A stretch of DNA of 27,948 nucleotides from Verrucomicrobiota bacterium (GCA_049510745.1 JBEKYR010000057.1:1-27948); one strand, 5' to 3'. Shown: positions 1 to 9,903, counted from the first letter of the stretch. The notes: a model not told the origin generated them from the sequence alone. Translations and numbers: made by a program.

Positions 1-135
1 ATTTGCTGACGCTTTTTGCCAAGCCGCCCGCTTGGACGGAGGGCCAGTTGTAGCAAGTGAACGAATACCGGAAGCTTGCAAATCAACGACTTACGCTTGG
101 AGAAAATGGAACTTAGGTTAAGCTGCGCAAGGCGA

Positions 136-546
136 ATGAAGCCGGCACAAAAAAGCGCGTTGGTCGTGGCCGTTACCATAGCCGTCACTGTGGCCGGCAT
201 TTTTGTGGGGGAGAGGGTGTTGGAATCGTTGTTGGACCTGGAACGGCCGGAGGCCTTTGTGGCGGCGACCTTTGGGGTCCTGATCCTGGTGGTGGCGGCC
301 TGTTGGTGGTTGTTCATCAATCTCCCTCCCATTTGTGAAAACCGCGTGTGCGGGCCGCGGGATTACACCGTTGTTGGTCTGGCGGGGGACTTTGGGATAC
401 CGGGACACGAACCCGTTTTGCAATGCCGCTGCGGACGGCGGTATCTCAGGCGGGGAAACCAATTCCTCTCCGTCAACGAACGGAACTACCTGGAGAAATA
501 CATGATCAAGCCGACATGGTATTCCAGATGGACGCCTGACGGCTGA
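136..546 (+). CDS. Hypothetical small membrane protein (two TM segments, Cys-containing C-terminal domain)
   Basis: ORF 76..546; ATG at 136 (MKPAQKSALVV) is the likelier start. Two hydrophobic helices, then C-x4-C and CxC (LQCRCG) motifs. Confidence 0.55.
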   Translation: MKPAQKSALVVAVTIAVTVAGIFVGERVLESLLDLERPEAFVAATFGVLILVVAACWWLFINLPPICENRVCGPRDYTVVGLAGDFGIPGHEPVLQCRCGRRYLRRGNQFLSVNERNYLEKYMIKPTWYSRWTPDG

Positions 547-568
547 TCGCCCCGGGCGGGATTCTCGA

Positions 569-1099
569 TCAGCGGTAGCGCTCGTAACGCTCCGTCACCG
601 CCAGCACATAGGCCCGCGTGCTGGGAAAACCGATCTGGCCAACAAACGCCGCGCTGTTCGTCGCGGCCCGGCCGTCGAGCCATTTGAGCACGTTGCCGCG
701 TCCGGCGTTGTATTCAGCCAAAGCGTACGGCAGCGGGTTGTCCGTCTGGCCATAATGACGCAACACCCTCTTCAAATACCATGCGCCCGCCAGCGTATTG
801 GTGGCGGGATTCAAACAGGCCTCGTGTTCAAACGACGGCAGATGCTCCGCCGCCGCCCATTCCCCCGCCGCCGCCGCGCGGACTTGCATCAGGCCCAATT
901 CGCCGGCCCGCCCGCGCGCGTCCGGATCAAACCGGCTTTCCCGCCAGACGATCGCTTTGACCAGGGCGGGTTCCAGTTGGTAACGGCGCGCCGCCGCCGC
1001 GATCACCTTGTCAAACCGGTGTTCGCGCCAATAGACCCATCCCCACCAGCCGATGATCCCAAGGGCGGCCAGCAGCACCCATTTACGCGCGCGCTTCAC
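569..1099 (-). CDS. Lytic transglycosylase (SLT domain), N-terminal membrane anchor
   Basis: Motifs AIVWRES (catalytic Glu), GLMQV and AEYNAG; N-terminal TM helix; GTG at 1099 (MKRARKW) is the likely start. Confidence 0.9.
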   Translation of the reverse strand: MKRARKWVLLAALGIIGWWGWVYWREHRFDKVIAAAARRYQLEPALVKAIVWRESRFDPDARGRAGELGLMQVRAAAAGEWAAAEHLPSFEHEACLNPATNTLAGAWYLKRVLRHYGQTDNPLPYALAEYNAGRGNVLKWLDGRAATNSAAFVGQIGFPSTRAYVLAVTERYERYR

Positions 1100-1183
1100 A
1101 ACGAACAACTCGTTTATATCCGCCGGATAAATTAATCAATGTTTTGACTTTTTAAGCCGTCCCATTTCCGTTTTGCTTCCCGT

Positions 1184-3418
1184 GTGATCGCTCGCGTGAC
1201 GCTCGAGATGGCCTTGGGCAAAGAGTTCGACTACCTCGTTCCTCCCGATCTGGAGGAGGCGGTCGAGGTCGGCAGCCGGGTCAAAGTCCCCTTCGCCAGC
1301 CGCCAGGTGTTGGGCTGCGTGACGGCGGTGCTCGAGGCCTCGCCGCACGCCAAGCTCCGTTCGATCCTCAAGATCATCGGCCGCCAATCCCATGTCACGC
1401 CAAAGATTCTGCAATTGGCCCGATGGATGGGCGAGTACTATTGCTCGCCCCCGGAGATCGCGCTCAAAGCCGTTTTGCCCGAGGCCGTGCGCAAGGAAAA
1501 GGAAGGCTGGCGCGAACAACTCTTTGTCCGCGTCCTCCCCGGCCCCAACCCCGGCCCGAAGTTGAGCAAGCGCCAGGCGGAAATCCTCGAAATGGCGCGG
1601 GCGCGAAAGGAATTGCCGTTGCAGGATTTGTTGCGCCAGGCCAACACCACCGGCCAGACCTTGCGCCGCCTGGAAGACAAGGGGTTGATCCACATCGCCC
1701 CGCAAATCTCCGAGCGCGATCCCTACGGACGGGACATCATCTTGCCGACGCAACCCCTCAGTTTGAACGACGCCCAACAGCGCGCGGTCACGGCGATCAC
1801 CCAGGCCAATGCGCCGGCCGGCGCCGGGCCGGAAAAGAGCCGTCCGGTCTTTCTGTTGCACGGGGTGACAGGTAGCGGCAAGACGGAAGTTTATTTGCAG
1901 GCCATGGCGCACACCTTGCAACAGGGCAAGGGCGCCATTGTGCTGGTGCCGGAGATTTCCCTGACACCGCAAACGGTCGAGCGTTTCAAGGCCCGCTTCA
2001 CCAGCGGCGCCTGCCAGACCCTGGTCGCGGTCCTGCACAGCCATCTGTCGGCCGGCGAACGGCATGATGAATGGCACAAGATACGACAGGGCCGGGCGCG
2101 CATCGTCATCGGCGCCCGCTCCGCCATTTTCGCGCCGGTGGACCCGCTGGGCTTGATCATCGTGGACGAGGAACACGAGCATTCCTACAAACAGGAGGAG
2201 GCCCCGCGCTACCACGCGCGGGATGTCGCCGTGGTGCGCGGGCGGATGGAAAACGCCGTGGTCGTTCTCGGATCGGCCACCCCTTCGATGGAGAGTTTTT
2301 ACAACGTGGAAAAGGGCAAATACCGCCTGCTGGAAATGCCCGACCGCGCCGATGACAAGAAAATGCCGGTGGTTCGTGTGATTGACATGCGCCAGGCCGC
2401 CCGCCAGGAAAAGGGGACGCCGCTGTTTTCGCCGGAACTCAAAGAGGCGATCCACCGGCGGTTGGAGCGCCAGGAACAGACGTTGTTGTTTTTGAACCGG
2501 CGCGGCTTTGCCACCTCGCTGCAATGCCCCCTCTGTGGCTACGTGGCGCAGTGCCCCAATTGCAGCCTGGCCCTGACCTACCACCGCCAGGCCGGCCAGT
2601 TGCGCTGCCATATCTGCGGCCACGCCGCCGGCGCCCCGGCCGTCTGCCCGAACCCCAAGTGCCGCAACCCCGCCATCCGTTTTGCCGGCATCGGCACCGA
2701 AAAGGTCGAGGCCACCCTGGCCAAATTGTTCCCGCGCGCCCGCGTGCAGCGGATGGATTCCGACGCCCTGAAACGCAAGGAAGACTACCGCCGCATCCTG
2801 GGCGATTTCCGCGTCGGAAAAATCGACATCCTGGTCGGCACCCAAATGATCGCCAAGGGCCTGCACTTTCCCAACGTCACGCTGGTCGGCATCGTCTATG
2901 CCGACCTGGGGCTGCACCTGCCGGATTTCCGCGCCGGCGAGCGCACCTTCCAACTCCTGACCCAGGTGGCCGGCCGCTCCGGGCGCGGGGACGTCGAGGG
3001 CGAAGTGTTCATCCAGGCCTTCACCCCGTTTCATCCCGCCATCCAATACGCCCGGCGCCATGACTTCGCCGGCTTTTACGAACAGGAAATCGAGTTCCGG
3101 CGGCAATTGAAATATCCCCCCGCCAGCCGCATCGCCTTGCTTCTGCTCAAGGGGCGCAACGAGGAGAAAGTCAAATTCTCGGCCTTGCACGTGCGCCAGG
3201 AAATCCAGAAAAAGGGCGGGGCGGTGCCCGACTTGGTCATTGCCGGCCCGGCCCCCGCTCCGCTGGCCCGCGCCGAATCATTGTATCGCCATCACCTCGT
3301 CCTGCGCACCCGGCACATGGCCAATCTCAGCCGCGCTCTCGCCGAGTTGTCCGCCACGCTGACCCTCCCCGATGATGTGTCCCTGACGATTGACATTGAC
3401 CCGGTGAATTTGATGTGA
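1184..3418 (+). CDS. priA: Primosomal protein N' (replication restart helicase)
   Basis: N-terminal FDY/GSRVKVPF DNA-binding domain, Walker A HGVTGSGKT, DEEH box, LGSATPS, four Cys pairs, QVAGRSGR, C-terminal DIDP. Confidence 0.98.
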   Translation: MIARVTLEMALGKEFDYLVPPDLEEAVEVGSRVKVPFASRQVLGCVTAVLEASPHAKLRSILKIIGRQSHVTPKILQLARWMGEYYCSPPEIALKAVLPEAVRKEKEGWREQLFVRVLPGPNPGPKLSKRQAEILEMARARKELPLQDLLRQANTTGQTLRRLEDKGLIHIAPQISERDPYGRDIILPTQPLSLNDAQQRAVTAITQANAPAGAGPEKSRPVFLLHGVTGSGKTEVYLQAMAHTLQQGKGAIVLVPEISLTPQTVERFKARFTSGACQTLVAVLHSHLSAGERHDEWHKIRQGRARIVIGARSAIFAPVDPLGLIIVDEEHEHSYKQEEAPRYHARDVAVVRGRMENAVVVLGSATPSMESFYNVEKGKYRLLEMPDRADDKKMPVVRVIDMRQAARQEKGTPLFSPELKEAIHRRLERQEQTLLFLNRRGFATSLQCPLCGYVAQCPNCSLALTYHRQAGQLRCHICGHAAGAPAVCPNPKCRNPAIRFAGIGTEKVEATLAKLFPRARVQRMDSDALKRKEDYRRILGDFRVGKIDILVGTQMIAKGLHFPNVTLVGIVYADLGLHLPDFRAGERTFQLLTQVAGRSGRGDVEGEVFIQAFTPFHPAIQYARRHDFAGFYEQEIEFRRQLKYPPASRIALLLLKGRNEEKVKFSALHVRQEIQKKGGAVPDLVIAGPAPAPLARAESLYRHHLVLRTRHMANLSRALAELSATLTLPDDVSLTIDIDPVNLM

Positions 3419-3448
3419 CAGGAGGCGGCTTGGAACTGAACGGCACCG

Positions 3449-3490
3449 TCAATTACAAATTTTCAATTTTCAATTTGCAATTCTCAATAC
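3449..3490. repeat. 7-bp tandem microrepeat (TCAATTT-like x6)
   Basis: tcaatta caaattt tcaattt tcaattt gcaattc tcaatac, in the convergent gap after priA. Confidence 0.8.
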
Positions 3491-3559
3491 CACCGCCACC
3501 CCTTCCCACCCCGACCCTGTTTCTCCGCCGCCCGGCGCGGGCGGACGCCTTCGCGAAAA

Positions 3560-3820
3560 TCATGCGGCTTTGGCCGGGACGGGTTTGCGGATGAGTTTGG
3601 CGCCGTTGCTTTTCAGATAGGCCTGGACGGCGGCAATGCCGCCCAAACTGATGGGAACCCGCTTTTGACTTTGAAAAAGCCGGTAGTGAGTGAGGGTCTT
3701 GCCCACTTCCATGATTTCAATGTGTTTGTCGTCCATCTTCCACAATTGGCCCTTGGCCAGCGGAAGCGGCGCCGGTTTCTTCACCGTGACCTTTTTTAGT
3801 GTTATCGCGCGTTTAACCAT
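3560..3820 (-). CDS. Small basic hypothetical protein
   Basis: ORF 3560..3856 with a globular-looking core (KGQLWKMDDKHIEIMEVGKTLTHYRLF...). Start uncertain (3820 or 3838). Confidence 0.65.
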   Translation of the reverse strand: MVKRAITLKKVTVKKPAPLPLAKGQLWKMDDKHIEIMEVGKTLTHYRLFQSQKRVPISLGGIAAVQAYLKSNGAKLIRKPVPAKAA

Positions 3821-3951
3821 CGTCAGATCCGTTCTCATAAAATAACCGCTGAACATCCGATTTGTTGACCCCGGGTCGGTGCTTCGATTCGGCGCCAGGT
3901 ATTAAACCACACCGGCCCTCAGAAAGAAACAGAAATCTTTGCCTTCCCGTC

Positions 3952-4902
3952 CTACTGGAACAGGTCTCCGGGCTTGCGTGGAAAGGGCAAAACCGCCGGC
4001 GGCGCCTGCTTCTGGCCACCCGCTGACCACGGCTGGTCGAGGCTGGAATTGTTCCGGGCGGCCGGCCGGGAGATGGCTCTGGAATCCCACGCCGGCGCCA
4101 TCCCGGGCGTTCCAAAAACGTCCCCCTCGCGTCCACCCGAAAAGCTGCCAGCCGACAATGAATACGAATACCCGGACAGGCTGGGCGGCAACGACGAACT
4201 GTGCAGCGGGTCCATGCCCCCGCGCAACCCCCCTGCCGAACTGCTCACCGACTGTTGCTCGTACGAGCTTCTGACGTAGTCGCCAAACCGGACAAACTCC
4301 CCGTGCTGCATCCGATCCAGCGCCATTGCCCCGTGCGTGTCTGAATCCCGCGACCAGGGAAAACCGCCGCCGGATTCGTAAAACCGGTCTCTCAACCGCT
4401 CCTGGTTCCGAGAGTCGTCCCGCCCGAACGCCCTCGAGGTCAGGCCGTCGGAAGTCTCCACCGCGTCCTGGCTTCTTCTCGGCGCCAGACCGCTGGGAGA
4501 ATCCGAATTCCATCCGGTCGGACGGCCCGGACTATTCGTCAAACCCGAAGATCCGTCCTGCGGGAAAAGCCGCTCGAAGCTCGACAGGTCCTTTCGGCCT
4601 TGATCGCCGGTCAGGCTCGAATCCCAAGTGTGTTTATCCGTTCCCCGCGGCGCGGTTATGATCACGGTAGTTTGTTGCAGCCCGGGATAAAAGCTGTTGG
4701 GGTAAGCCGACGAATGCGCCGGGGAGGCCGAGGTCTTATTGTCCTTCACCTCGACCTCCCGTTGCGGGACACCCCAGGAAATGGCCGGGGAGGAAAACTC
4801 GATTTTGTCGCCCGCGCCGGCCCAGGGCGCCAACAGGCAACTGGCGCAACTGCCCCACAACAGAGCCAGACCGGCCGCCGAATATGAATGCCGAAACGCC
4901 AT
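3952..4902 (-). CDS. Exported, largely disordered Ser/Gly/Pro-rich hypothetical protein
   Basis: ATG at 4902 gives a signal-peptide-like N-terminus (MAFRHSYSAAGLALLW...AGA). A TTGACC-N17-TATGAA promoter-like element lies just upstream. Starting here avoids overlap with the divergent large gene. Confidence 0.65.
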   Translation of the reverse strand: MAFRHSYSAAGLALLWGSCASCLLAPWAGAGDKIEFSSPAISWGVPQREVEVKDNKTSASPAHSSAYPNSFYPGLQQTTVIITAPRGTDKHTWDSSLTGDQGRKDLSSFERLFPQDGSSGLTNSPGRPTGWNSDSPSGLAPRRSQDAVETSDGLTSRAFGRDDSRNQERLRDRFYESGGGFPWSRDSDTHGAMALDRMQHGEFVRFGDYVRSSYEQQSVSSSAGGLRGGMDPLHSSSLPPSLSGYSYSLSAGSFSGGREGDVFGTPGMAPAWDSRAISRPAARNNSSLDQPWSAGGQKQAPPAVLPFPRKPGDLFQ

Positions 4903-5132
4903 ACTTTCCAGCCTCCATTCATACCGCAAAACGCCCCCCCGGTCAATCTCTTTGCGGCCGGATTTTGCCTGGCGCAAAAACGCCCTCATTTTGCAGTTGT
5001 AAATTCCGGCGGTTTTGCTACATATGTGTCGAATCGCCAATGAGAAGGGGGTTTCCATGCCGTCGGATGATCTGGTCGCATTTGTTTGCTGACGCGGGTC
5101 GTGCCGCCGGAGTTTTCCCTTTCAACTCTACT

Positions 5133-8100
5133 ATGCATGCATTGAAAACACGCGCTCTGGCGCTGCTGGCCGCGGCCACATCGTTGGCTCTGACTCATGC
5201 CGCTTTGGCTCAAGCCACCTTTACTGTCGGGAACAATCTGGTCGATCTCAGCCAGATTAAGGGAAACGAAACCGATCCTTCCATCGCCATCAACACCCGC
5301 AGCCCGTCGAACCTGTTTGTCGCCGCGGCGACCGACTACACGGTTCCCGGCCTGTTCGTGGCGCGGAGCACCAATTTCGGGACGACTTGGGCGACCAACA
5401 TCATCGCCACCAACAAGGACGCTCAGGGGCTTGTCCCGGCTTACGGCGAGCCTTCGGTGGCCTGGGACACTTTCGGGAATCTGTTCGTCGCCTATCTGCC
5501 GGCGACCTTTGAAGGCGTCGCCGTGGTGATAAGCACCAATGGCGGCAAGAGCTTCACGGCCCTCACCAATCTGGCGGCGTTGGACTCGACCGATACGCCC
5601 CGCATCACCACTCCGGCTCTGGGCGCCGCCGCCGGCAGCGTCTGGGTCGTTTACAAGGATTACACCCTGCCCAACACGCCCCTGGTGATGCAGGGGCTGC
5701 AATCGACCGGCTTGGGCACCAACGGCGGCTTCGGCCCGGTCGAAATTGTGCCGGGATCGGGAGCGGGCGGCTTTCCGGACATCGTAGCCGGTCCGGCCGG
5801 GCAGGTGATGGTGGCCTTTCAAGGCAATGTCGCCGGTTCGGGCGTGGCGCCTGTTTATATCTGCGTCAACACCAATGCCATCTCGACCAACGGGTTTGGG
5901 ACCAACTTTCTCGCGCCGGTCCTGGCGGTGTCCGACGCGATCGGCGGCTTCACCTACATCGCGGCGGAAGGCACGGGCATCGGGATCAACGCCGCCGTTG
6001 GTGTGGCGTGGGACGGTTACAACCTGGGGACCAATTACGGCAAGGCTTATTTGGTTTATACGGCTCTGAGCGCCAATGGAAATCTGGTCATCAACACCTG
6101 CTTCTCGACTAACGGCGGCGCCACCTGGAGCGCCGAAGCCCAGGTGGATGACGATCTGACGGGGGCCAATGACCATTTTATGCCCCGCCTGGCGGTGGAC
6201 CCGGCCACGGGGATCATCGGCTATTCGTGGTTCGATTGCCGCAATGACAATGGGAGCAGCACTCCCCCGGTGATCGTAAATTTTGATAAAACCTACGTTT
6301 TTAGCAATGTCCTGGTGACCAATATCAACTTCATCATTACCAACGCCGCCACGAACAATCCGAGCATAAGTTATTCGGTCGTCGATAATACGGGAGGGAA
6401 CTTCAGCAACTGGACGGTGACCATTACCGGGAACAACATCTACGGCACTCTCTTCGCATCGGACAGCACGCCCAACATTTACATCTACGGTGCGACCAAC
6501 ACCAATTTCGTCCTCGATTTGGGAACCCTCTCCACCAACGTCAGCACGACGGTGCTGGTGTCGGGCACGGATTATTTTCCGGATGCCTTCACCGGCGGAA
6601 GCGCCGCGGACCAGGAAGCCATTCTCTACGCGACCGTCAGTCTGGACGGCGGGATGACGTTTTTGCCCAATCAGCCGTTGATTTCCTTCAACCGAGCCAT
6701 CAATTCGCCGGCGGTCGGCTACGCTTCGGGCCTGAGCGGTTCGAGCAGTTTGACTGGCTGGGGGCATTACACGGGGTTGGCCGCTTTCGGGGCCAGCTTC
6801 TTTCCCGTCTGGCCGGACAATTCGGACATCCTCACGAAGAACCCCGATGGGGCGGGGGTGAGTTTTGATCTCTACGGGGTCTCCGGCGCCTCCAATGGCG
6901 CCGTGACGGTGCCGACGGCCGATCTGAGCATCTTTGTCACCAATTCCCCCAATCCGGTGGTTTCCGAAGGGGTGCTCATTTATACCCTGGTCGTCAGCAA
7001 CAACGGCCCGCAGAAAGCCAGCGACGTTGTGGTGACCAATATACTGGCCAGCACCGTCACGCTGGCCTCAGTCACGCCCGCACTGGGTACCATCTATTCC
7101 AACTTTGCGCCGATCATCGTTTTCTACATGCCCACTATGCCGGCCCATACCGCCCTGACCAACACCATCCGCGTCACGGCCACCAGTTCGGCCTTCGCCA
7201 CCAATTTCGCCTCCGTCTCGGGGCCGCTCATCGACCTCTTTCCCACCAACAACACCAATCAATTGGTCCTGCTCATCGCGGGGGAGGACCTGGCCATGGG
7301 CATGACCACCTCGCAAACCAACATCCTCATCGGCGATACCGTCGTCACTTGGATCACGGTGACCAACCTCGGCCCCTCCACCAACGGGCCGGTCTTCATC
7401 ACCAACACCTACTCGCCGAATTGGACGAACTTTATGGTGCAGGCCCAAGGCACCTTCTATATTACCAACAATATCACCAACACCATGGTGGTGATGAACC
7501 TTGGCCTGTTGCCCACCAACCGGCCTGTGACCGCCATCGTCACGGCCACGGCCTTGAGCGAAGGCTTCTTCGCCACCAATCAAGCGATGGTCACGAGCCA
7601 GGATGTTGACACCAACTTGAGCGACAACAGCGCCACGATCACTTACTTCATCAATGGCGAGGACCTGGCCGTCGGCGGCTCCGCGCCCCCGAGCGCCAAT
7701 CTCTCCGAACCGCTCCTCTTCACCGTCAGCGTCACCAACTTTGGCCTTTCCTACACCGGACTCATCACCGTCTCCAACCAGCTCTCCACTAATCTCGCCT
7801 TGGTTTCCGCCAACCAGTCGCAAGGCTTTTCTCTCATCGCGGACTCGGTGGCGAACGGCGACACCAACAACCTCGTCGTCTTCAGCCTGGGCGTCCTTGG
7901 CCCGGGAGAGGTCGCCACCATGACCATCTCGACCGTCGCCACGGGCTTCGGCGGCCCGATGTGGGCGACGAACATTGCCTCCGTCACCAGTTCTGACTTC
8001 GATCCGACTTTCCTCGACAACACCGTCACCAACGTGGTCGTCATCAACGGCGAGGATTTGGCCATCGGCGCCTCCGCGCCTCCCTCCGTCAATCTCGGAG

Positions 8101-9860
8101 AGCCTTTCCTCTATGCCATCAGCGTCACCAATTTCGGCCTCTCGACCAACGGCAGCGTGGTGGTGTCCAACCTCTTTTCGACCAACCTCGGGGCCTTGTC
8201 GGTCAGCCAGTCGCAAGGCGCCTCGACGGTGACCAACACCCCCGACGGCGCCCTGGTTGTTTTCAACCTCGGCACCCTCGACGTCGGCCAGGTCGCCACC
8301 ATGACCATCTCGGCGGTGGCGGTCAGCGGCCCCCCCGCGGCCGGCATCGTGAGCACGGTGACCAGCGGGGATTTCGACACGAATCTGGCGAACAACGCCA
8401 CCGTCAGCACCATTCTCATACAGGGCGAGGACTTGGGCGTCTCGATTTCCGCCTCCCCCTCCAGCTTGCAGGTCAGCCAGGTCGTCACCTACACGGAAAC
8501 CGTCACGAACCTGGGGCCGTCCACCAACGGCACCGTTCTGCTCACCAACACCCTCTCCTCCAAACTGGGACAAATCACCGTCCTTCAGCCCACCAACAAT
8601 TACACCGTCAACGGCAACGTCGTGGTCTTTAATCTCGGCACGCTTGCGGCGCAGCAGTCGGTGCCAATCACGCTGACGGCCACCGCGCTGTCCACCGGCA
8701 GCGCCACCACCACCGCCGGCGTCGGCAGCCTGGACTTCGACACCAACCTGGCCAATAACACAGCCCAAGTGACGGTGACGCTCACTCCGACGCTGCCGAT
8801 GATCAGCAACATCGTCGTCACTCCGCTGGCCAGCAGCGCCTTCATCGCCTTCACGACGGGCGCCCTGGCCACCGCGCAGGTGCAGTACGGCCTGAGCACC
8901 GGTTACGGCAGCCTTTCCTCCGTCAGTGTCACACCCTCTTCCAATCACGTCGTCCTGCTGACTGGCCTGGCGCGCCAGACCAATTATTATTTCAACATCC
9001 TGGTCTGGGCCGGTCAACAACTCTTCACGACCAACGGATCGTTCGCCACGGTCAACACCTTGATTCTCAACACGTCCGACGCCAGTTACACCGGCCTCTG
9101 GGCGGCCAGCACGGTGGGCAACGGCATTTACGGCGCCTATTATCAATCGGCCAACTCCACCGTCAACACCGAGACCGCCTCGGCCACCTACACCCCGTAC
9201 CTGCCCGCCGCCGGCAAATACAACGTCTCGATCTGGTACCCGCAAAGCACCAACTTCACCACCAACGCCCAGGTCCATGTTTCCGGCGAGGCCAGCGAAT
9301 CCATCCTCGGCGTCAATCAGACCACCAATGGCGGAAGCTGGCAGCCGCTGGTCAACGACCTCTACTTCGCCAGCGGCACGGGCGGCAACGTCGCCATTTA
9401 CAACAACACCGGCGAAACCAACAAGAACGTCATCGCCAACGCCATGAAATGGGTCTATGACCCCACCCAGGATTATCCCACCAACGGCTCCGTCCCGGCT
9501 TGGTGGGCCAATTATTATTTCGGCCCCAACGCCACCGTCAGCGGCTCCGCCGATGCCGACGGCGACGGTTATTCCAACTACGCCGAATATGTCTTTGGCA
9601 CCGATCCGACCGACCCCGCGTCGCATTTGAACTTTTCCGTGAGCTACGGTCCGGGTAACGTTGTTTCCGTGACCTTCTCGCCTTGGCAGGGTGGCCGCGC
9701 CTACGCGCTCCAATCGGCCACTGATCTTTCCGCCGGCGCCTGGATGACGTTGACCAACACCGTCACCGTTGACACCAACGGCAACGGCGTCTTCACCGTC
9801 ACCCAGCCCAGTCCGGCCAGCGCCTTCTACCGCCTCTCCGCGCAAATCCTCCCGCAATAG
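5133..9860 (+). CDS. Large secreted/surface protein: BNR/Asp-box propeller, 5 DUF11 Ig-like repeats, FN3-like domain, golvesin-like carbohydrate-binding domain, DxDGDG motif, C-terminal FYRL domain
   Basis: Signal peptide from ATG 5133 (MHALKTRALALLAAATSLALTHAALAQ). Asp-box-like STNFGTTW/STNGGKSF/STNGGATW/SLDGGMTF. Five (A/E)DL...TN.GP...D.N..NN repeats at ~6918-8790. ATYTP...GKYNVSIWYP...VNQTTNGGSW domain. Ends ...SAFYRLSAQILPQ. Confidence 0.85.
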   Translation: MHALKTRALALLAAATSLALTHAALAQATFTVGNNLVDLSQIKGNETDPSIAINTRSPSNLFVAAATDYTVPGLFVARSTNFGTTWATNIIATNKDAQGLVPAYGEPSVAWDTFGNLFVAYLPATFEGVAVVISTNGGKSFTALTNLAALDSTDTPRITTPALGAAAGSVWVVYKDYTLPNTPLVMQGLQSTGLGTNGGFGPVEIVPGSGAGGFPDIVAGPAGQVMVAFQGNVAGSGVAPVYICVNTNAISTNGFGTNFLAPVLAVSDAIGGFTYIAAEGTGIGINAAVGVAWDGYNLGTNYGKAYLVYTALSANGNLVINTCFSTNGGATWSAEAQVDDDLTGANDHFMPRLAVDPATGIIGYSWFDCRNDNGSSTPPVIVNFDKTYVFSNVLVTNINFIITNAATNNPSISYSVVDNTGGNFSNWTVTITGNNIYGTLFASDSTPNIYIYGATNTNFVLDLGTLSTNVSTTVLVSGTDYFPDAFTGGSAADQEAILYATVSLDGGMTFLPNQPLISFNRAINSPAVGYASGLSGSSSLTGWGHYTGLAAFGASFFPVWPDNSDILTKNPDGAGVSFDLYGVSGASNGAVTVPTADLSIFVTNSPNPVVSEGVLIYTLVVSNNGPQKASDVVVTNILASTVTLASVTPALGTIYSNFAPIIVFYMPTMPAHTALTNTIRVTATSSAFATNFASVSGPLIDLFPTNNTNQLVLLIAGEDLAMGMTTSQTNILIGDTVVTWITVTNLGPSTNGPVFITNTYSPNWTNFMVQAQGTFYITNNITNTMVVMNLGLLPTNRPVTAIVTATALSEGFFATNQAMVTSQDVDTNLSDNSATITYFINGEDLAVGGSAPPSANLSEPLLFTVSVTNFGLSYTGLITVSNQLSTNLALVSANQSQGFSLIADSVANGDTNNLVVFSLGVLGPGEVATMTISTVATGFGGPMWATNIASVTSSDFDPTFLDNTVTNVVVINGEDLAIGASAPPSVNLGEPFLYAISVTNFGLSTNGSVVVSNLFSTNLGALSVSQSQGASTVTNTPDGALVVFNLGTLDVGQVATMTISAVAVSGPPAAGIVSTVTSGDFDTNLANNATVSTILIQGEDLGVSISASPSSLQVSQVVTYTETVTNLGPSTNGTVLLTNTLSSKLGQITVLQPTNNYTVNGNVVVFNLGTLAAQQSVPITLTATALSTGSATTTAGVGSLDFDTNLANNTAQVTVTLTPTLPMISNIVVTPLASSAFIAFTTGALATAQVQYGLSTGYGSLSSVSVTPSSNHVVLLTGLARQTNYYFNILVWAGQQLFTTNGSFATVNTLILNTSDASYTGLWAASTVGNGIYGAYYQSANSTVNTETASATYTPYLPAAGKYNVSIWYPQSTNFTTNAQVHVSGEASESILGVNQTTNGGSWQPLVNDLYFASGTGGNVAIYNNTGETNKNVIANAMKWVYDPTQDYPTNGSVPAWWANYYFGPNATVSGSADADGDGYSNYAEYVFGTDPTDPASHLNFSVSYGPGNVVSVTFSPWQGGRAYALQSATDLSAGAWMTLTNTVTVDTNGNGVFTVTQPSPASAFYRLSAQILPQ

Positions 9861-9903
9861 AGCAATTTCACGAAAACTGTAGCCGCTGAGGCGTAGGGGT
9901 TTT

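Noticed and set aside
1136..3190. 684-aa antisense ORF over priA (also 13495..15246 and 15277..16275 over glnD)
   Set aside because: Shadow frames of GC-rich genes with strongly supported sense-strand products; no recognisable motifs.
4884..5132. 83-aa N-terminal extension of the large ORF (and 4903..5058 of the divergent ORF)
   Set aside because: Signal peptides begin at the internal ATGs 5133 and 4902; the extensions overlap each other and cover the promoter region.
7650..8430. Nucleotide-level similarity between segments of the large gene
   Set aside because: Explained by the tandem DUF11 domain repeats 3 and 4; not a separate DNA element.
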